A stretch of DNA of 64,000 nucleotides from an uncultured Pelagibacteraceae bacterium (GTDB taxonomy: Bacteria > Pseudomonadota > Alphaproteobacteria > Pelagibacterales > AG-422-B15). Positions 1 to 10,055 of the stretch are shown here, piece by piece. A program made the translations under genes and the position numbers. Within the stretch, counting starts at the first letter, position 1; each line of letters opens with the position of its first letter. The stretch is from assembly GCA_902610585.1 (NCBI GenBank), contig CACLWE010000006.1, positions 9,378-73,377 on the forward strand, written 5' to 3'. Under the pieces are notes generated by a model. It was not told the origin of the DNA. It made no database searches and worked only from the letters and a program-made list of their open reading frames with translations.

Positions 1-746
1 GATGCATTACTGAAAATGATAAAGCAGTTGGGGTTGAACTTCACAATGGTGAAAAAATTTATGCAAAAAAAATTATTTCTAATGCAGATCCAAGATCTAC
101 TTATTTTTCCCTTTTAGGAACTGAGAATTTAGATACTGATGTGAAAAGAAGAATCAAACATCACCGATCAAAAGGGAAAGTTGCAAAATTATCATTAAGT
201 CTCAATAAACAACCTGAATTTATTAATTGCGATAAAGATGATTTAGAGAGTAGAATGGTGATCGCGCCGTCAATTGATTATATAGAAGAAGCATTCAATC
301 CAAGTAAATTTGATAAGCTTTCTATGGAACCTATCTTAGAAATGAAACTTAAAAATTCTGACCAGAGTAATCCTGCATTAGATATTCAAGTTCAATATGC
401 TTCCTACGGTGCGCAAGAGGGTTGGGGTAATATTAAAGATAACTATGTAGACGCAGTTATAAAATTAATAGAGAAATATGCACCTGATATTCAAAGCTGT
501 ATAGAGACTAAAGCAATTGTTACTCCTGACGATATAGAAAAAAATTTTCATGTCACAGGTGGACATTGGCATCATGGAGAAATTCAAATTGATCAACTTT
601 TTATGCTCAGACCAATTCCTGGGGCATCACAATATAGAACCCACCTTGATGGACTATATATGTGTGGTGCAGGTACCCATCCAGGTGGAGGCTTAACTGG
701 AATTCCAGGAAGAAATGCAGCTCAAGCTATTTTGGAGGATGCTTAA
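1..746 (+). CDS. FAD/NAD(P)-dependent oxidoreductase, phytoene desaturase (CrtI)/amine-oxidase-like family; C-terminal part, 5' end lies outside the window
   Basis: The frame of ORF 141..746 stays open back to base 3 (CITENDKAVGVELHNGEKIYAKKIISNADP...), so the listed GTG start is an artefact of the window edge. The C-terminal motif MCGAGTHPGGGLTGIPGRNAAQAIL is typical of the CrtI-family FAD-binding C-terminus. Confidence 0.7.
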   Translation, partial: CITENDKAVGVELHNGEKIYAKKIISNADPRSTYFSLLGTENLDTDVKRRIKHHRSKGKVAKLSLSLNKQPEFINCDKDDLESRMVIAPSIDYIEEAFNPSKFDKLSMEPILEMKLKNSDQSNPALDIQVQYASYGAQEGWGNIKDNYVDAVIKLIEKYAPDIQSCIETKAIVTPDDIEKNFHVTGGHWHHGEIQIDQLFMLRPIPGASQYRTHLDGLYMCGAGTHPGGGLTGIPGRNAAQAILEDA

Positions 747-748
747 GT

Positions 749-1948
749 ATGAATAGAGATTTAAGATTTACGGCACTTAAAAAAACTCCTTTTCACTCTA
801 GAACAAGCTTAGCTTCAAGAACAAATAAATATTATAACTGGAACGGTTTTACCGTACCCACAGAATACTCAACAACTGAGTTGGAATATACTGCTGCTAG
901 AAATGGTACTTCAGTTATGGATCTCACGCCTATGTGCAAATACATGATCTATGGCAGCGATGCTAACAGATTTGTTGATTATCTTGTAACAAGAGATTTA
1001 TCACAGATGGAAGACAATACAGTTGCATACATAATATGGTGTAATGAAGATGGTAAAGTGATGGACGATGGTACCATATTTAAATTTTCGAATACAAAAT
1101 TCATGCTTTGCTGTGCAGTAAAGATTTATAATTGGTTACACGACTCTGCTGAAGGTTTTGATGTTTCCTGTGAGGATGCAACAGACACAACTGCTGCATT
1201 AGCAATCCAAGGACCTACTTCTTGTTCAACACTAAAGAACTATGGAGCAGACGACCTTGAATTATTAAAACCATTTGGAATGAAACAATATAATATTAAT
1301 GGATATGATGTTTTAATCTCGCGAACAGGCTTCACAGGTGATTTAGGATACGAATTATGGACTGATCCAGCTAATGCAGAAAACATGTGGGATAGTATTA
1401 TGGAAGCTGGAAAAGAATTAAAGATTAGACCTTTTGGTATGCATGCTCTTGAAATGACAAGGATTGAAGCTGGCTTTATTCAAACCAATACTGATTTTAT
1501 GGCAGCTGAAGATTCCTTAAGACCAGTGAGAATGCGTTCACCGTATGAAATTGGAATGGGTTGGCTGGTTCATCTTAATAAAGAAAGTTACTTTGTCGGT
1601 AAACGCGCTTTAAAGAAAGAAAAAGAGACAGGTAATTCTGAAAGATGTTTAGTTGGACTTGACATAGATGGTGATAAGCCCGCAGTAGGCTCTGTGATCT
1701 ATAATGAAAAAAAAGAAGACATAGGTATTGTTACGGCAGCAATGTGGTCACCTACCATGAAAAGAAACGTTGCGCTCGCATCTCTGAAGCGTCCATATGG
1801 AATTAAGATAAAAGAAAACATTTTTGCAGAAATATATCACCCAGAGGAATTGGAATATAAAAAAATATGGGCAAAGTGTAAGGTTGTAAAAAGACAATTT
1901 TTTAGCCCTGAAAGACGTAACAAAGTACCTGCGGACCTATATGAATAG
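749..1948 (+). CDS. aminomethyltransferase (GcvT/DmdA) family folate-dependent protein
   Basis: The ATG at 749 lies 2 nt after the upstream TAA (744-746). The 662 start would overlap the upstream gene by 85 nt. The protein has GcvT-family features throughout (TPFHSRT..., RTGFTGDLGYELW, RIEAGF) and is about 399 aa. Confidence 0.75.
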   Translation: MNRDLRFTALKKTPFHSRTSLASRTNKYYNWNGFTVPTEYSTTELEYTAARNGTSVMDLTPMCKYMIYGSDANRFVDYLVTRDLSQMEDNTVAYIIWCNEDGKVMDDGTIFKFSNTKFMLCCAVKIYNWLHDSAEGFDVSCEDATDTTAALAIQGPTSCSTLKNYGADDLELLKPFGMKQYNINGYDVLISRTGFTGDLGYELWTDPANAENMWDSIMEAGKELKIRPFGMHALEMTRIEAGFIQTNTDFMAAEDSLRPVRMRSPYEIGMGWLVHLNKESYFVGKRALKKEKETGNSERCLVGLDIDGDKPAVGSVIYNEKKEDIGIVTAAMWSPTMKRNVALASLKRPYGIKIKENIFAEIYHPEELEYKKIWAKCKVVKRQFFSPERRNKVPADLYE

Positions 1949-1979
1949 CCAAAAATGGGGTATTTTTTTAAAATTCAAT

Positions 1980-1999
1980 TATTGAACAGCTGTTCAATA
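1980..1999. promoter_or_regulatory. 20-bp perfect palindrome TATTGAACAGCTGTTCAATA, candidate operator 17 nt upstream of the aminotransferase start codon
   Basis: Read directly from the sequence; it is self-complementary over 20 nt. The half-site TTCAAT/ATTGAA recurs at 1974-1979 and 2010-2015. Confidence 0.35.
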
Positions 2000-2015
2000 T
2001 AAGTTATACTTCAAT

Positions 2016-3413
2016 ATGCCCAAATCAACTCCGATTCCCGAAAAAAAAGATCTCCTTAATGCTCTCGACGACAGAATTCTATACCCATGGCAGTATCTTG
2101 AGTATCGCGGTGAAGACAGCAGGACAATCATTGATAAGTCAAAAGGAATTTATCTTTACGATCAAAGAGGAAGACAGCTTATTGATGGTCCTGGAGGAAT
2201 GTGGAATGTTAACGTGGGACATGGTGTAAAAGAAATTGCTGATGCTGTTTATAATCAGATTACAAAAATGCCATACGCCAGCCCATTTACTGAGTCCACT
2301 GAGATAGCATATAACTATGCTTCACGACTTGTTAAATATGCGCCTGGTGATCTTAAAAGAGTATTTTTTACTTCTGGAGGATCCTCAGCAGTAGACTCTG
2401 CATTAAGATTTGTAATGTTTTATAATAATGTTCGTGGGTTAAGAGATAAGAAACAAATTATCTCGCGTCATGATGCATATCACGGAAGTACATTTTTAGG
2501 GGCTTCATGTTCAGGTAAAGAAAGAGATAAAAACAACTTTGATTTTGCAGATAACTTAGTCCATCATTTGTCTGCGCCAAATCCATTTAAAAAACCAGAT
2601 GACTTAAGCGATGAAGAATTCTGTGATCTAAAAGTTAAAGAGTTAGAAAATAAAATTTTAGAACTTGGTCAAGATAAGGTCGCAGCATTTATTGCAGAGC
2701 CAATCCTAGCATCAGGTGGGGTAATTGTTCCTCCTAAAGGATATCATAAAAAGACAAGAGAAATTTGCACTAAGTACGATGTTATTTATATTTCTGATGA
2801 GATAGTAACCGGCTTTGGAAGATTAGGTCATATATTCGCTTCTGAAAATTATTTTGATTTTGAACCTGATATCATTCTTTTAGCAAAAGGGATTACTTCA
2901 GGATACGTACCTTGTGGTGCAGTTGTTATTTCTGAAAAGCTTATGTCTCAACTTGATAATAAAGAAAAAGTTATATTCTCAAATGGATTTACTGACTCGG
3001 GTCACCCAGTGAGCATGGCAGCAGCAACAGCAACACTTGATTATATTGAAAAAAATAACCTTCTTGAGCATGTACAAGAAGTCGGCCCTTATTTTCAATC
3101 TAAATTAAGTGAATTAATTGATCTCCCGATTGTTGGTGATGTGCGTGGTGAGGGATTAATGGCGGCTGTTGAATGTGTAATCAGTAAAGAAAAAAAAGAT
3201 CCTCTAAATTTACAATACGAGATTGCCTCTCGCATCAATTCACATTGTCAAAATCTTGGTTTAATTGTTAGACCATTATTTAATACGTGTGTCATGTCTC
3301 CTTCTTTGATCATCACTAAGGAACAAATAGATGAGCTCGTCAGTATACTTAGAAAAGGAATTGAGTTAGCTACAGACGACATCAAGAAAGAAGGCCTTTG
3401 GTCTGCATCATAA
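2016..3413 (+). CDS. class-III (omega) aminotransferase, PLP-dependent (SpuC / beta-alanine-pyruvate transaminase-like)
   Basis: 465 aa. Motifs GGMWNVNVGHG, FTSGGSSAVDSALR, DEIVTGFGRLG and a lysine-containing region LLAKGITSG are typical of aminotransferase class III. Confidence 0.85.
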   Translation: MPKSTPIPEKKDLLNALDDRILYPWQYLEYRGEDSRTIIDKSKGIYLYDQRGRQLIDGPGGMWNVNVGHGVKEIADAVYNQITKMPYASPFTESTEIAYNYASRLVKYAPGDLKRVFFTSGGSSAVDSALRFVMFYNNVRGLRDKKQIISRHDAYHGSTFLGASCSGKERDKNNFDFADNLVHHLSAPNPFKKPDDLSDEEFCDLKVKELENKILELGQDKVAAFIAEPILASGGVIVPPKGYHKKTREICTKYDVIYISDEIVTGFGRLGHIFASENYFDFEPDIILLAKGITSGYVPCGAVVISEKLMSQLDNKEKVIFSNGFTDSGHPVSMAAATATLDYIEKNNLLEHVQEVGPYFQSKLSELIDLPIVGDVRGEGLMAAVECVISKEKKDPLNLQYEIASRINSHCQNLGLIVRPLFNTCVMSPSLIITKEQIDELVSILRKGIELATDDIKKEGLWSAS

Positions 3414-3417
3414 ATAA

Positions 3418-4656
3418 ATGCTTGAGCTTAACCATCTGCTAAAAAACTATCAGGAGGGTAAAACTTTACCCCAAGACTTTTATACAAATTCAAATATTTT
3501 TTCCGAGGAGATGAAGCGAATTTATTTCAAGCAGTGGTTAATGGTAGATCACATCAGTCGTATTCCTAATCCAGGTGATTATTTTGTTTTTGATGCCGAA
3601 AAGGAATCCATCATAGTTATTAGAGGAAGAGACAATGAAGTAAGAGCATTTTATAATGTTTGCACTCATCGAGGATCAAGAATCTGTTTAGATGAAGAGG
3701 GTTCAAAAAAACTTTTAGTGTGCCCCTATCATGCTTGGAGTTTTTCAGCAGAAGGTGAACTTAAAGCTGTACGTTTTATGCCGGAGGATTTTAAAAAAGA
3801 AGAGTGGGGTCTTAGAGAGTGTCATCTTAAAATTTATGAAGGATTAATATTTATTAATTTATCTTTAGACGAACCGATGAATTTTGATGAATTCATTGAA
3901 CCCTTAAAAGAAATGATGGAATTTCATCAGACGAGTAAGTCAAAAATTGCAATAAGAAAAAAATATCCAACTCATGCAAATTTTAAATTAGTTCTTGAAA
4001 ATTTTCAGGAGTGTTATCACTGTCCCACAGCACATCCTGAGCTTTGTGCAGTACAGGACAAAGACTGGGTTATCGCAATGGGTGCAGGAATAGGCACTGC
4101 GCCTCAAAAAGAGACTGATGAATATTTAAATAAAATTAAACCTTGGGTCGAGGAATGTAAAAAAAATGGAACTCCGTCTGAGGTTTACCTTGAAACAGAT
4201 GAAGGATTAAAAAAAGGGTTAAACAGATATGTTGATAGAACTCCAATTGGAAACGGAAACTTATCACAAACCAAAGATGGAAAGCCAGCTTCTTCATTAA
4301 TGGGACAATTTAAAGATTTTGATGGAGGACTAACCCAAGTAAGCTTTAATCCATTTGGCTGTTGTTATTTCACAAATGATTTTGGCGTCATGTTTATTTT
4401 TAAACCCATCTCACTTCTAGAGTCTGAAGTAGAACTCATATGGCTTGTAAACGAGGAAGCCGAGGAGAATAAAGACTTTAAGTCTGAGGAAGTAAGCTAT
4501 ATTTGGGATGTTACTACGGCGCATGATACAACAATAATTGAAAATAACCAGAAAGGCCTTCTATCTCAGTCTTTTAAACCAGGAGTTTTATCTGAAAATG
4601 AGTCAGCGGTAACTTATTTTTATAATTGGTATTTTACCAACATGCAGTTACCATAA
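3418..4656 (+). CDS. Rieske [2Fe-2S] non-heme-iron oxygenase alpha subunit (GbcA/CntA/Stc2-like, N-demethylase-type)
   Basis: Rieske ligands CTHRG...CPYHAW are present. The mononuclear-iron motif is E-x3-E-x2-H-x4-H (ENFQECYHCPTAH), with a later conserved Asp (TTAHD). Confidence 0.85.
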   Translation: MLELNHLLKNYQEGKTLPQDFYTNSNIFSEEMKRIYFKQWLMVDHISRIPNPGDYFVFDAEKESIIVIRGRDNEVRAFYNVCTHRGSRICLDEEGSKKLLVCPYHAWSFSAEGELKAVRFMPEDFKKEEWGLRECHLKIYEGLIFINLSLDEPMNFDEFIEPLKEMMEFHQTSKSKIAIRKKYPTHANFKLVLENFQECYHCPTAHPELCAVQDKDWVIAMGAGIGTAPQKETDEYLNKIKPWVEECKKNGTPSEVYLETDEGLKKGLNRYVDRTPIGNGNLSQTKDGKPASSLMGQFKDFDGGLTQVSFNPFGCCYFTNDFGVMFIFKPISLLESEVELIWLVNEEAEENKDFKSEEVSYIWDVTTAHDTTIIENNQKGLLSQSFKPGVLSENESAVTYFYNWYFTNMQLP

Positions 4657-4673
4657 TCTCTGAGCAAGAGAGT

Positions 4674-6029
4674 ATGAAACAACTTTATAACAAAGATATT
4701 TACGACGTTAATAAGCCGGTAAAAAGTTATTGGGAAAAAGTCAGTCAAATAGAACAATATAAATATCCAAAGCTTACCACACATGAAACATGTGATGTTT
4801 GTGTAATAGGAGGGGGCTTTACTGGAATAAGCACAGCTTATCACATTGCAAAAAATTATGGTGGTGATGTGAGATTACTAGAGGCAGGACATTTCGGATT
4901 TGCAAGTAGTGCAAGGAACGCTGGCTTTTGTTGCCTGCCAGCTACTAAACTGTCTGTTAATCAACTAATTAATAAGTTTGGATTAGACGAAACAAAAAAG
5001 TTCTTCGCTTCTCAAATTGAAGGTGTCGAATTATTATCCTCTCTTATTTCTGACAATAATATTGATTGCGAAAAAACAGGTACAGGAAACTTAGATGTTG
5101 CACATCATCCTGATAGCAGTGATGAGTTGAAAAAATGGGGCAATGATTTAAAAAAATATTTTGGCATTAATACAAAGTGGATACCTAAAGAAGAGTTTGA
5201 TGAGGTTGGACATCAGTCTACGGAACAGTTTGGAGCTGTATTTACCGAGGCTGGTTTTGCAATGAATCCAATGGCATTTATGAATGGTTTTGCATCTGCT
5301 ACTGTAGATGCTGGAGCAAAACTTCATAGTTTTTCGAGAGTAAAAAAATGGGAAAGAAATGGATCTCATAAATTAATTACTGATGGCGGCTCCATAACTG
5401 CAAATAAAGTTGTGGTTGCAACTAATGGTTACACAGATGAGTCGCTCCATCCAAGCTTTGCAAACAGAATGATGCCAGTTTTATCTAATATTATTGTAAC
5501 TAGAGAAATGAGTGAGGAAGAATTTAAATTACAAAATTACAAAACCTTAAATCCAATTTGTAATTCAAGAGAGATTTTATATTACTACAGGAGAATGCCT
5601 TCAAATAGAATGTTATTTGGAACTAGAGGTGATACGTACGGTGATGATGCAAGTGCACAAAAAATGAGAGAGTTGATGACACAAAAATTTCGAGGGGTAT
5701 TTCCTAATTGGGATAAAGTAGATATTGACCATTATTGGAGAGGAACAGTTGTTATGACTAGAGATTTTGTTCCCGCATTCGGCGCACTAGATGACGATAA
5801 GTCAGTCCTTTTTTCATATGGCTATCAGGCCAATGGTAATAATACCACAGTTTATTGTGGAAAGAAGTTAGCCGAAATGATTTATGAGTCCAATAGTGGA
5901 GAAACGAATATATCAAAAGTGTATCAAGGGCTTTCTCCAAAAATACCATTAGGCTTTTTAAGATTATGGTATTTAAGACTTTATTTATGGTATTCAAATT
6001 TTACAGATAAAAGTAAAAAAGAAATATAA
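4674..6029 (+). CDS. FAD-dependent oxidoreductase, DAO family (gamma-glutamylamine oxidase PuuB/PauB-like)
   Basis: The ATG at 4674 lies 18 nt after the upstream stop and is preceded by GAGAG. The dinucleotide fold motif VCVIGGGFTGISTAY is present. The 4626 start would overlap the previous gene. Confidence 0.8.
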   Translation: MKQLYNKDIYDVNKPVKSYWEKVSQIEQYKYPKLTTHETCDVCVIGGGFTGISTAYHIAKNYGGDVRLLEAGHFGFASSARNAGFCCLPATKLSVNQLINKFGLDETKKFFASQIEGVELLSSLISDNNIDCEKTGTGNLDVAHHPDSSDELKKWGNDLKKYFGINTKWIPKEEFDEVGHQSTEQFGAVFTEAGFAMNPMAFMNGFASATVDAGAKLHSFSRVKKWERNGSHKLITDGGSITANKVVVATNGYTDESLHPSFANRMMPVLSNIIVTREMSEEEFKLQNYKTLNPICNSREILYYYRRMPSNRMLFGTRGDTYGDDASAQKMRELMTQKFRGVFPNWDKVDIDHYWRGTVVMTRDFVPAFGALDDDKSVLFSYGYQANGNNTTVYCGKKLAEMIYESNSGETNISKVYQGLSPKIPLGFLRLWYLRLYLWYSNFTDKSKKEI

Positions 6030-6065
6030 ATTGCATCTACTATTTTTATAAATTAAAATTTTCTT

Positions 6066-6950
6066 ATGTTGCAAACTTGGAAGGCATTTTACGCAAGGAG
6101 TGATCCTGCTAAAGCTTATTCACTACTATCTCCAGCATTGATCTTAGTCACTTTGGCTATGCTTGTGCCCTTGGGACTAATGTTGAGTTTCAGTTTTTTT
6201 ACTCAAATAAGTTTTACGGAAATCGACTATTCTTTCACAATTCAGAGATACATTGATTTTTTTCAAAAGAATTTACTTGTCTCACTACTTATCAAATCAG
6301 TGAAGATTTCTTTTATTGTAACTTTCGTGACTCTGCTTACTGCTTATCCAGTTTGTTACTACATCGCTTTTTATGTAAAGAAAAATAAAATGTTATGGCT
6401 AGTTCTTTTGACTTTACCTTTCTGGACATCTTACCTTTTACGAGTGTTTTCATGGAAAATTATACTTGGAACTAAGGGAGTTATTAATTCATCTTTAATT
6501 AATGCTGGACTATTAAATGAACCACTCACTTTTCTAATGTATTCAGAGACGGCAGTCATTATTACCCTCACTCATGCATGGGCGGCATTTGCATTATTAC
6601 CCTTATATGTTTCATTAGATAAAATTGATTTTTCCTTAATTGAAGCCGCCAGAGACTTAGGGTTATCAAGATTTGAAACTTTTTGGAAAATCACACTTCC
6701 ATTATCTCTTCCTGGAATAATCGGCGCTATATTGATCATCTTTATTCCAACTGTTGGAGATTATGTCACTCCTGCCTTGCTTGGGGGAACCGATGGAAGA
6801 ATGCTTTCAAACATGATTCAAGCTTACTTTGGCAAAGTTAATAACCTTCCTTTAGGAGCCGCTTCTGCAACCATAATGCTTATAACTGTAGCAATAGTGA
6901 CCATAGTTGTTTCATACACAACAAAAAAACTCACTCAGAGGATTTCATAA
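6066..6950 (+). CDS. ABC transporter permease, spermidine/putrescine (PotB/PotH)-like
   Basis: Polytopic membrane protein with an EAA loop (IEAARDLGLSRFETFWKITLP). Confidence 0.85.
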   Translation: MLQTWKAFYARSDPAKAYSLLSPALILVTLAMLVPLGLMLSFSFFTQISFTEIDYSFTIQRYIDFFQKNLLVSLLIKSVKISFIVTFVTLLTAYPVCYYIAFYVKKNKMLWLVLLTLPFWTSYLLRVFSWKIILGTKGVINSSLINAGLLNEPLTFLMYSETAVIITLTHAWAAFALLPLYVSLDKIDFSLIEAARDLGLSRFETFWKITLPLSLPGIIGAILIIFIPTVGDYVTPALLGGTDGRMLSNMIQAYFGKVNNLPLGAASATIMLITVAIVTIVVSYTTKKLTQRIS

Positions 6951-7766
6951 GTGGAACAAAAGAATAATACATTGTTAATCTATACATTATTGTATTTTGC
7001 ATTTTTATATATTCCCGTTTTATTCTTGCCTATTTTTAGTTTTAACGATGCAAATTACATGTCGTTTCCTCTCTCAGGATTCACAACAGAGCATTATGAA
7101 GAAATGTGGGCAAAAACAAATCTACATAAAGCTCTTTGGGCTAGTATCAAAGTAGGTGTGGTCGCAAGTATCGTCAGTACAACAATTGCACTTTTTGCAG
7201 CCAAAGCCTTTGCACGTTATAAATTTAGGGGACAAAATATTTCATACGGAGCTATTATGATTCCTTTTTTGATTCCTGAAATAATCTTAGCCGTTGCAAT
7301 ACTTGTCATTTGGTTAAGTCTTGGTTTCAAGCTCGGACTAGTACCGGTAACTTTAGGACATATTCTTTTTTGTACTCCATTTGCAATGCTTATTTTAATT
7401 GCTCGCATAGAAGGTTTTGATTTCTCTCTTGAAGAAGCATCAAGAGATCTTGGAGAAAATGCTTGGGGGACATTTTATCGAGTTTCTCTCCCCTTATACT
7501 TGCCAGGTATAATTGCTTCACTTTTGTTGAGTTTTATTATTTCTTTTGATGAATTTGTTCTCGCATTTTTCTTAACAGGAAGCGATGCTACTTTGCCTAT
7601 GTATATGTGGGCTCAAATGAGATTTATTCAGAAACTACCACACGTGTTGGCTTTAGGGGCAGTTATAATTGTATTTACTACTTTTATTGTTTTGTTAGCA
7701 TTCTGGTTAAGAAACCTAGGCCAAGGAAAAGAGAAAGCTGAATTTGGAATAAAAATACATGAATAA
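6951..7766 (+). CDS. ABC transporter permease, PotC/PotI-like
   Basis: GTG start immediately after the upstream TAA. EAA loop present (LEEASRDLGENAWGTFYRVSLP). Confidence 0.85.
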   Translation: MEQKNNTLLIYTLLYFAFLYIPVLFLPIFSFNDANYMSFPLSGFTTEHYEEMWAKTNLHKALWASIKVGVVASIVSTTIALFAAKAFARYKFRGQNISYGAIMIPFLIPEIILAVAILVIWLSLGFKLGLVPVTLGHILFCTPFAMLILIARIEGFDFSLEEASRDLGENAWGTFYRVSLPLYLPGIIASLLLSFIISFDEFVLAFFLTGSDATLPMYMWAQMRFIQKLPHVLALGAVIIVFTTFIVLLAFWLRNLGQGKEKAEFGIKIHE

Positions 7767-8841
7767 TTCTTTCATACAGATAAACGGAATTTCAAAGCAT
7801 TTTGGGAATGTAAAAGCTGTAGATGATGTGTCCTTTGAAATTAAAGAGGGAGAGTTTTTTTCTCTTCTTGGCCCGTCAGGCTGTGGCAAGACAACTTTAC
7901 TGAGATTACTAGCTGGATTCGAATATCCAACCAGTGGGAGCCTATTACTTGATGGTATTGATATTACTGCATTACCTCCCGACAAAAGACCCACAAATAT
8001 GGTTTTTCAGAATTACGCAATTTTTCCACACATCAATGTTGAAAAAAATGTACAGTTTGGTTTAAGAAAACTTGGTCTAACAAACGATGAAATTATCAAA
8101 AGAGTTAAAGACGTTTTGTCGTTGGTTAAACTAGAAGGATATGAGGAACGCTATAGTAGCCAACTATCTGGAGGTCAAAGACAAAGAGTGGCATTGGCGA
8201 GGGCTTTAGTAAGACAACCCAAGGTCTTATTGCTAGATGAACCACTTGGAGCATTAGATAAAAAGTTACGAGATGAAATGCAACTTGAATTAAGAACTCT
8301 GCAAAAAGAGATTGGAATAACATTTGTATTTGTTACACATGATCAGCAAGAAGCCATTAGTATGTCTGATCGAGTCGCGGTGATGAGCGAAGGTAAAATC
8401 CAACAGATGTCATCTCCAAATGAATTATATAAAAACCCACAAAATATTTTTGTGAGTGACTTTATTGGTGAAACTAATTTTCTAAAAGCCAATACAGAGT
8501 TGAAAGATGGCGAGTATATTAATGTAAACATTGAAAATCTTGGCTCCTTTAAAATAAAAAATAATCTCAATATAAGTGAAAATGCTTCGGAGGTTATTTG
8601 CAGTGTTCGTCCTGAGACTATGATGATAGATACAGAAAAATCAGATTGGGATATTTGCTTAGAAGGCAAAATTAAGCAAACATCATATTTGGGAGAAATG
8701 ACTAAATTTTATGTTGAAACCAAAGAGATAGAAAAAATTATAACTGTATCGTCACAATATTTTGACAATCAGTCTTTTCAAGATGGTAAATGCTTTATCA
8801 GCATAAACCTAAACGATATTTCCTTACTGAATAAAAAATAG
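7759..8841 (+). CDS. ABC transporter ATP-binding protein, PotA/PotG-like
   Basis: Walker A GPSGCGKTT, signature LSGGQRQR, Walker B LLLDEP. It overlaps the permease gene by 8 nt. Confidence 0.9.
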   Translation: MNNSFIQINGISKHFGNVKAVDDVSFEIKEGEFFSLLGPSGCGKTTLLRLLAGFEYPTSGSLLLDGIDITALPPDKRPTNMVFQNYAIFPHINVEKNVQFGLRKLGLTNDEIIKRVKDVLSLVKLEGYEERYSSQLSGGQRQRVALARALVRQPKVLLLDEPLGALDKKLRDEMQLELRTLQKEIGITFVFVTHDQQEAISMSDRVAVMSEGKIQQMSSPNELYKNPQNIFVSDFIGETNFLKANTELKDGEYINVNIENLGSFKIKNNLNISENASEVICSVRPETMMIDTEKSDWDICLEGKIKQTSYLGEMTKFYVETKEIEKIITVSSQYFDNQSFQDGKCFISINLNDISLLNKK

Positions 8842-8895
8842 CCTGTCCTCAAGAGAGAACAAGCTATTTTAAATTAGTTAATAATTAGTAGTGTA

Positions 8896-9984
8896 TTAAC
8901 CACCAGCTACCATTTCAGCCCACTGAGCTTCCATGTAGTCTGTCACTTCGTCAGTTGGCATCACCGAGAACATTCCATTATTTAAATGTTCTATAGGATT
9001 TGAAGCAACGCCACGTTCAGCTAATTCGTCAGCTGTAAGTGTGCTAAATCCAGCTTTATTACTGTGTCCATAACCCCACTCACTTAATAAGTAAGCAGAT
9101 GTTTCAGCACTAGTAGCGCCATTTATCATCGCGTATGCTTTATCAAGGTCTGCACCTTTAACAATTGCAAGACCACATGCCCAAGTCATCGTGCCATTAG
9201 GAGGCTGCATCATTTTAGCTCCTGCGCTCCAAGCAATTTCGTTCCAGCCAAGTGCTACGTCTATTTCTTCGTTACCTAGCGCTTCTATCATTGAAGAAGT
9301 ATCTCCAAAGAATGCACGAATTTGTCCATTGTCTCTCATTTCACGGAACTTATCGATACCTTGATCAATAGCAGCTTTAGTTAGTTGATCTTGCTCTCTG
9401 ATATCAATTCCAAGATGGTGCATCATTAAGAACAAAGAGTCAGCTGCAGAGTCTAATATACCGACTTTACCTTTCACTCGAGGATCCTCCATAAGAGCAA
9501 AACTTTCATTAGAAGCATCCATCCAATCAATTCTATCAGCCATGTAAAACAATGTTGTGTCGCCCCAATCTACAGGTGCAAAATAATGCTTTCCATCGAC
9601 TATACCGCTTGGTAGATCTCTAACTTCAGGGAACATATCATCCCAGTTGTCAATTCTAGATGGATCAAGTGGCTCTAAAACGCCAGCTCTTACCCATCTC
9701 TTAATTTCTCCTTGGCATGGCCAGGCTAAATCAACCTCAAAACCAGCTTTTAGTTTTTGTAATCCTTCTTCAGCATCACCGAATATTGAATACTCAGGTG
9801 AACCGTGTTCTTCAGCATATGTACCAAACAGTCCATCATCATCGTAACCTCCCCAAAGGAATACAGACCCAGGCTCATCTGCAAAAACTTTTGTCGTACT
9901 TGTTACGCCTGCAATAAAAACAAACGACAGCATCACGATTACAGTTTTTACAAAGAAATCCTTAATTTCATTGTATCTTTGCAT
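8896..9984 (-). CDS. periplasmic substrate-binding protein of a Pot-type (polyamine/amine) ABC transporter
   Basis: N-terminal signal-like segment (VIVMLSFVFIAGVTSTTKVFA). About 360 aa with an acidic/aromatic PotD/PotF-like composition. Sits adjacent to the ABC genes. Confidence 0.8.
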   Translation of the reverse strand: MQRYNEIKDFFVKTVIVMLSFVFIAGVTSTTKVFADEPGSVFLWGGYDDDGLFGTYAEEHGSPEYSIFGDAEEGLQKLKAGFEVDLAWPCQGEIKRWVRAGVLEPLDPSRIDNWDDMFPEVRDLPSGIVDGKHYFAPVDWGDTTLFYMADRIDWMDASNESFALMEDPRVKGKVGILDSAADSLFLMMHHLGIDIREQDQLTKAAIDQGIDKFREMRDNGQIRAFFGDTSSMIEALGNEEIDVALGWNEIAWSAGAKMMQPPNGTMTWACGLAIVKGADLDKAYAMINGATSAETSAYLLSEWGYGHSNKAGFSTLTADELAERGVASNPIEHLNNGMFSVMPTDEVTDYMEAQWAEMVAGG

Positions 9985-10019
9985 AATTAATTAATCCTTT
10001 TTTTTGTTTAAACGTGAAA

Positions 10020-10049
10020 ATTGTACACCCATTTTGGAAATATGGTCAA
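10020..10049 (-). promoter_or_regulatory. sigma70-like promoter for the substrate-binding protein gene (-35 TTGACC, 18-nt spacer, -10 TACAAT on the minus strand)
   Basis: Plus-strand GGTCAA at 10044-10049 and ATTGTA at 10020-10025. An AAGGA Shine-Dalgarno lies upstream of the ATG at 9984. Confidence 0.4.
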
Positions 10050-10055
10050 TATATA

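Noticed and set aside
662-748. Long N-terminal extensions offered by the ORF track: 662 for the GcvT-like gene, 4626 for the FAD oxidase, 13997 for the AlaX-like gene, 52459 for rpmI, and 19144 for the SH3 protein.
   Set aside because: Each extension overlaps the preceding gene and has a non-protein-like composition. An internal ATG placed 2-20 nt after the upstream stop gives the N-terminus expected for the family.
4620-5997. Antisense ORFs of 60-115 aa inside well-supported genes: 4620..4844, 5148..5369, 5758..5997, 7217..7408, 7716..7994, 8126..8669, 9647..9990, 10252..10443, 11197..11403, 21956..22765, 22824..23063, 38562..39699, 40710..41057, 42375..42650, 55095..55301 and 56322..56534.
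   Set aside because: They are shadow ORFs opposite genes that have clear family signatures. Their translations are low-complexity (S/F/I/L-rich), lack recognisable motifs, and have no independent start context.
8896-9984. The substrate-binding protein gene is visibly GC-richer (about 40-45 percent on sampled lines) than the neighbouring permease genes (about 28 percent), which could suggest horizontal transfer.
   Set aside because: Other conserved soluble proteins in the window (gltB, acdS, lepA) show similar enrichment, while membrane proteins are the AT-rich extreme. The difference is explained by amino-acid composition and probably high expression, not foreign origin.
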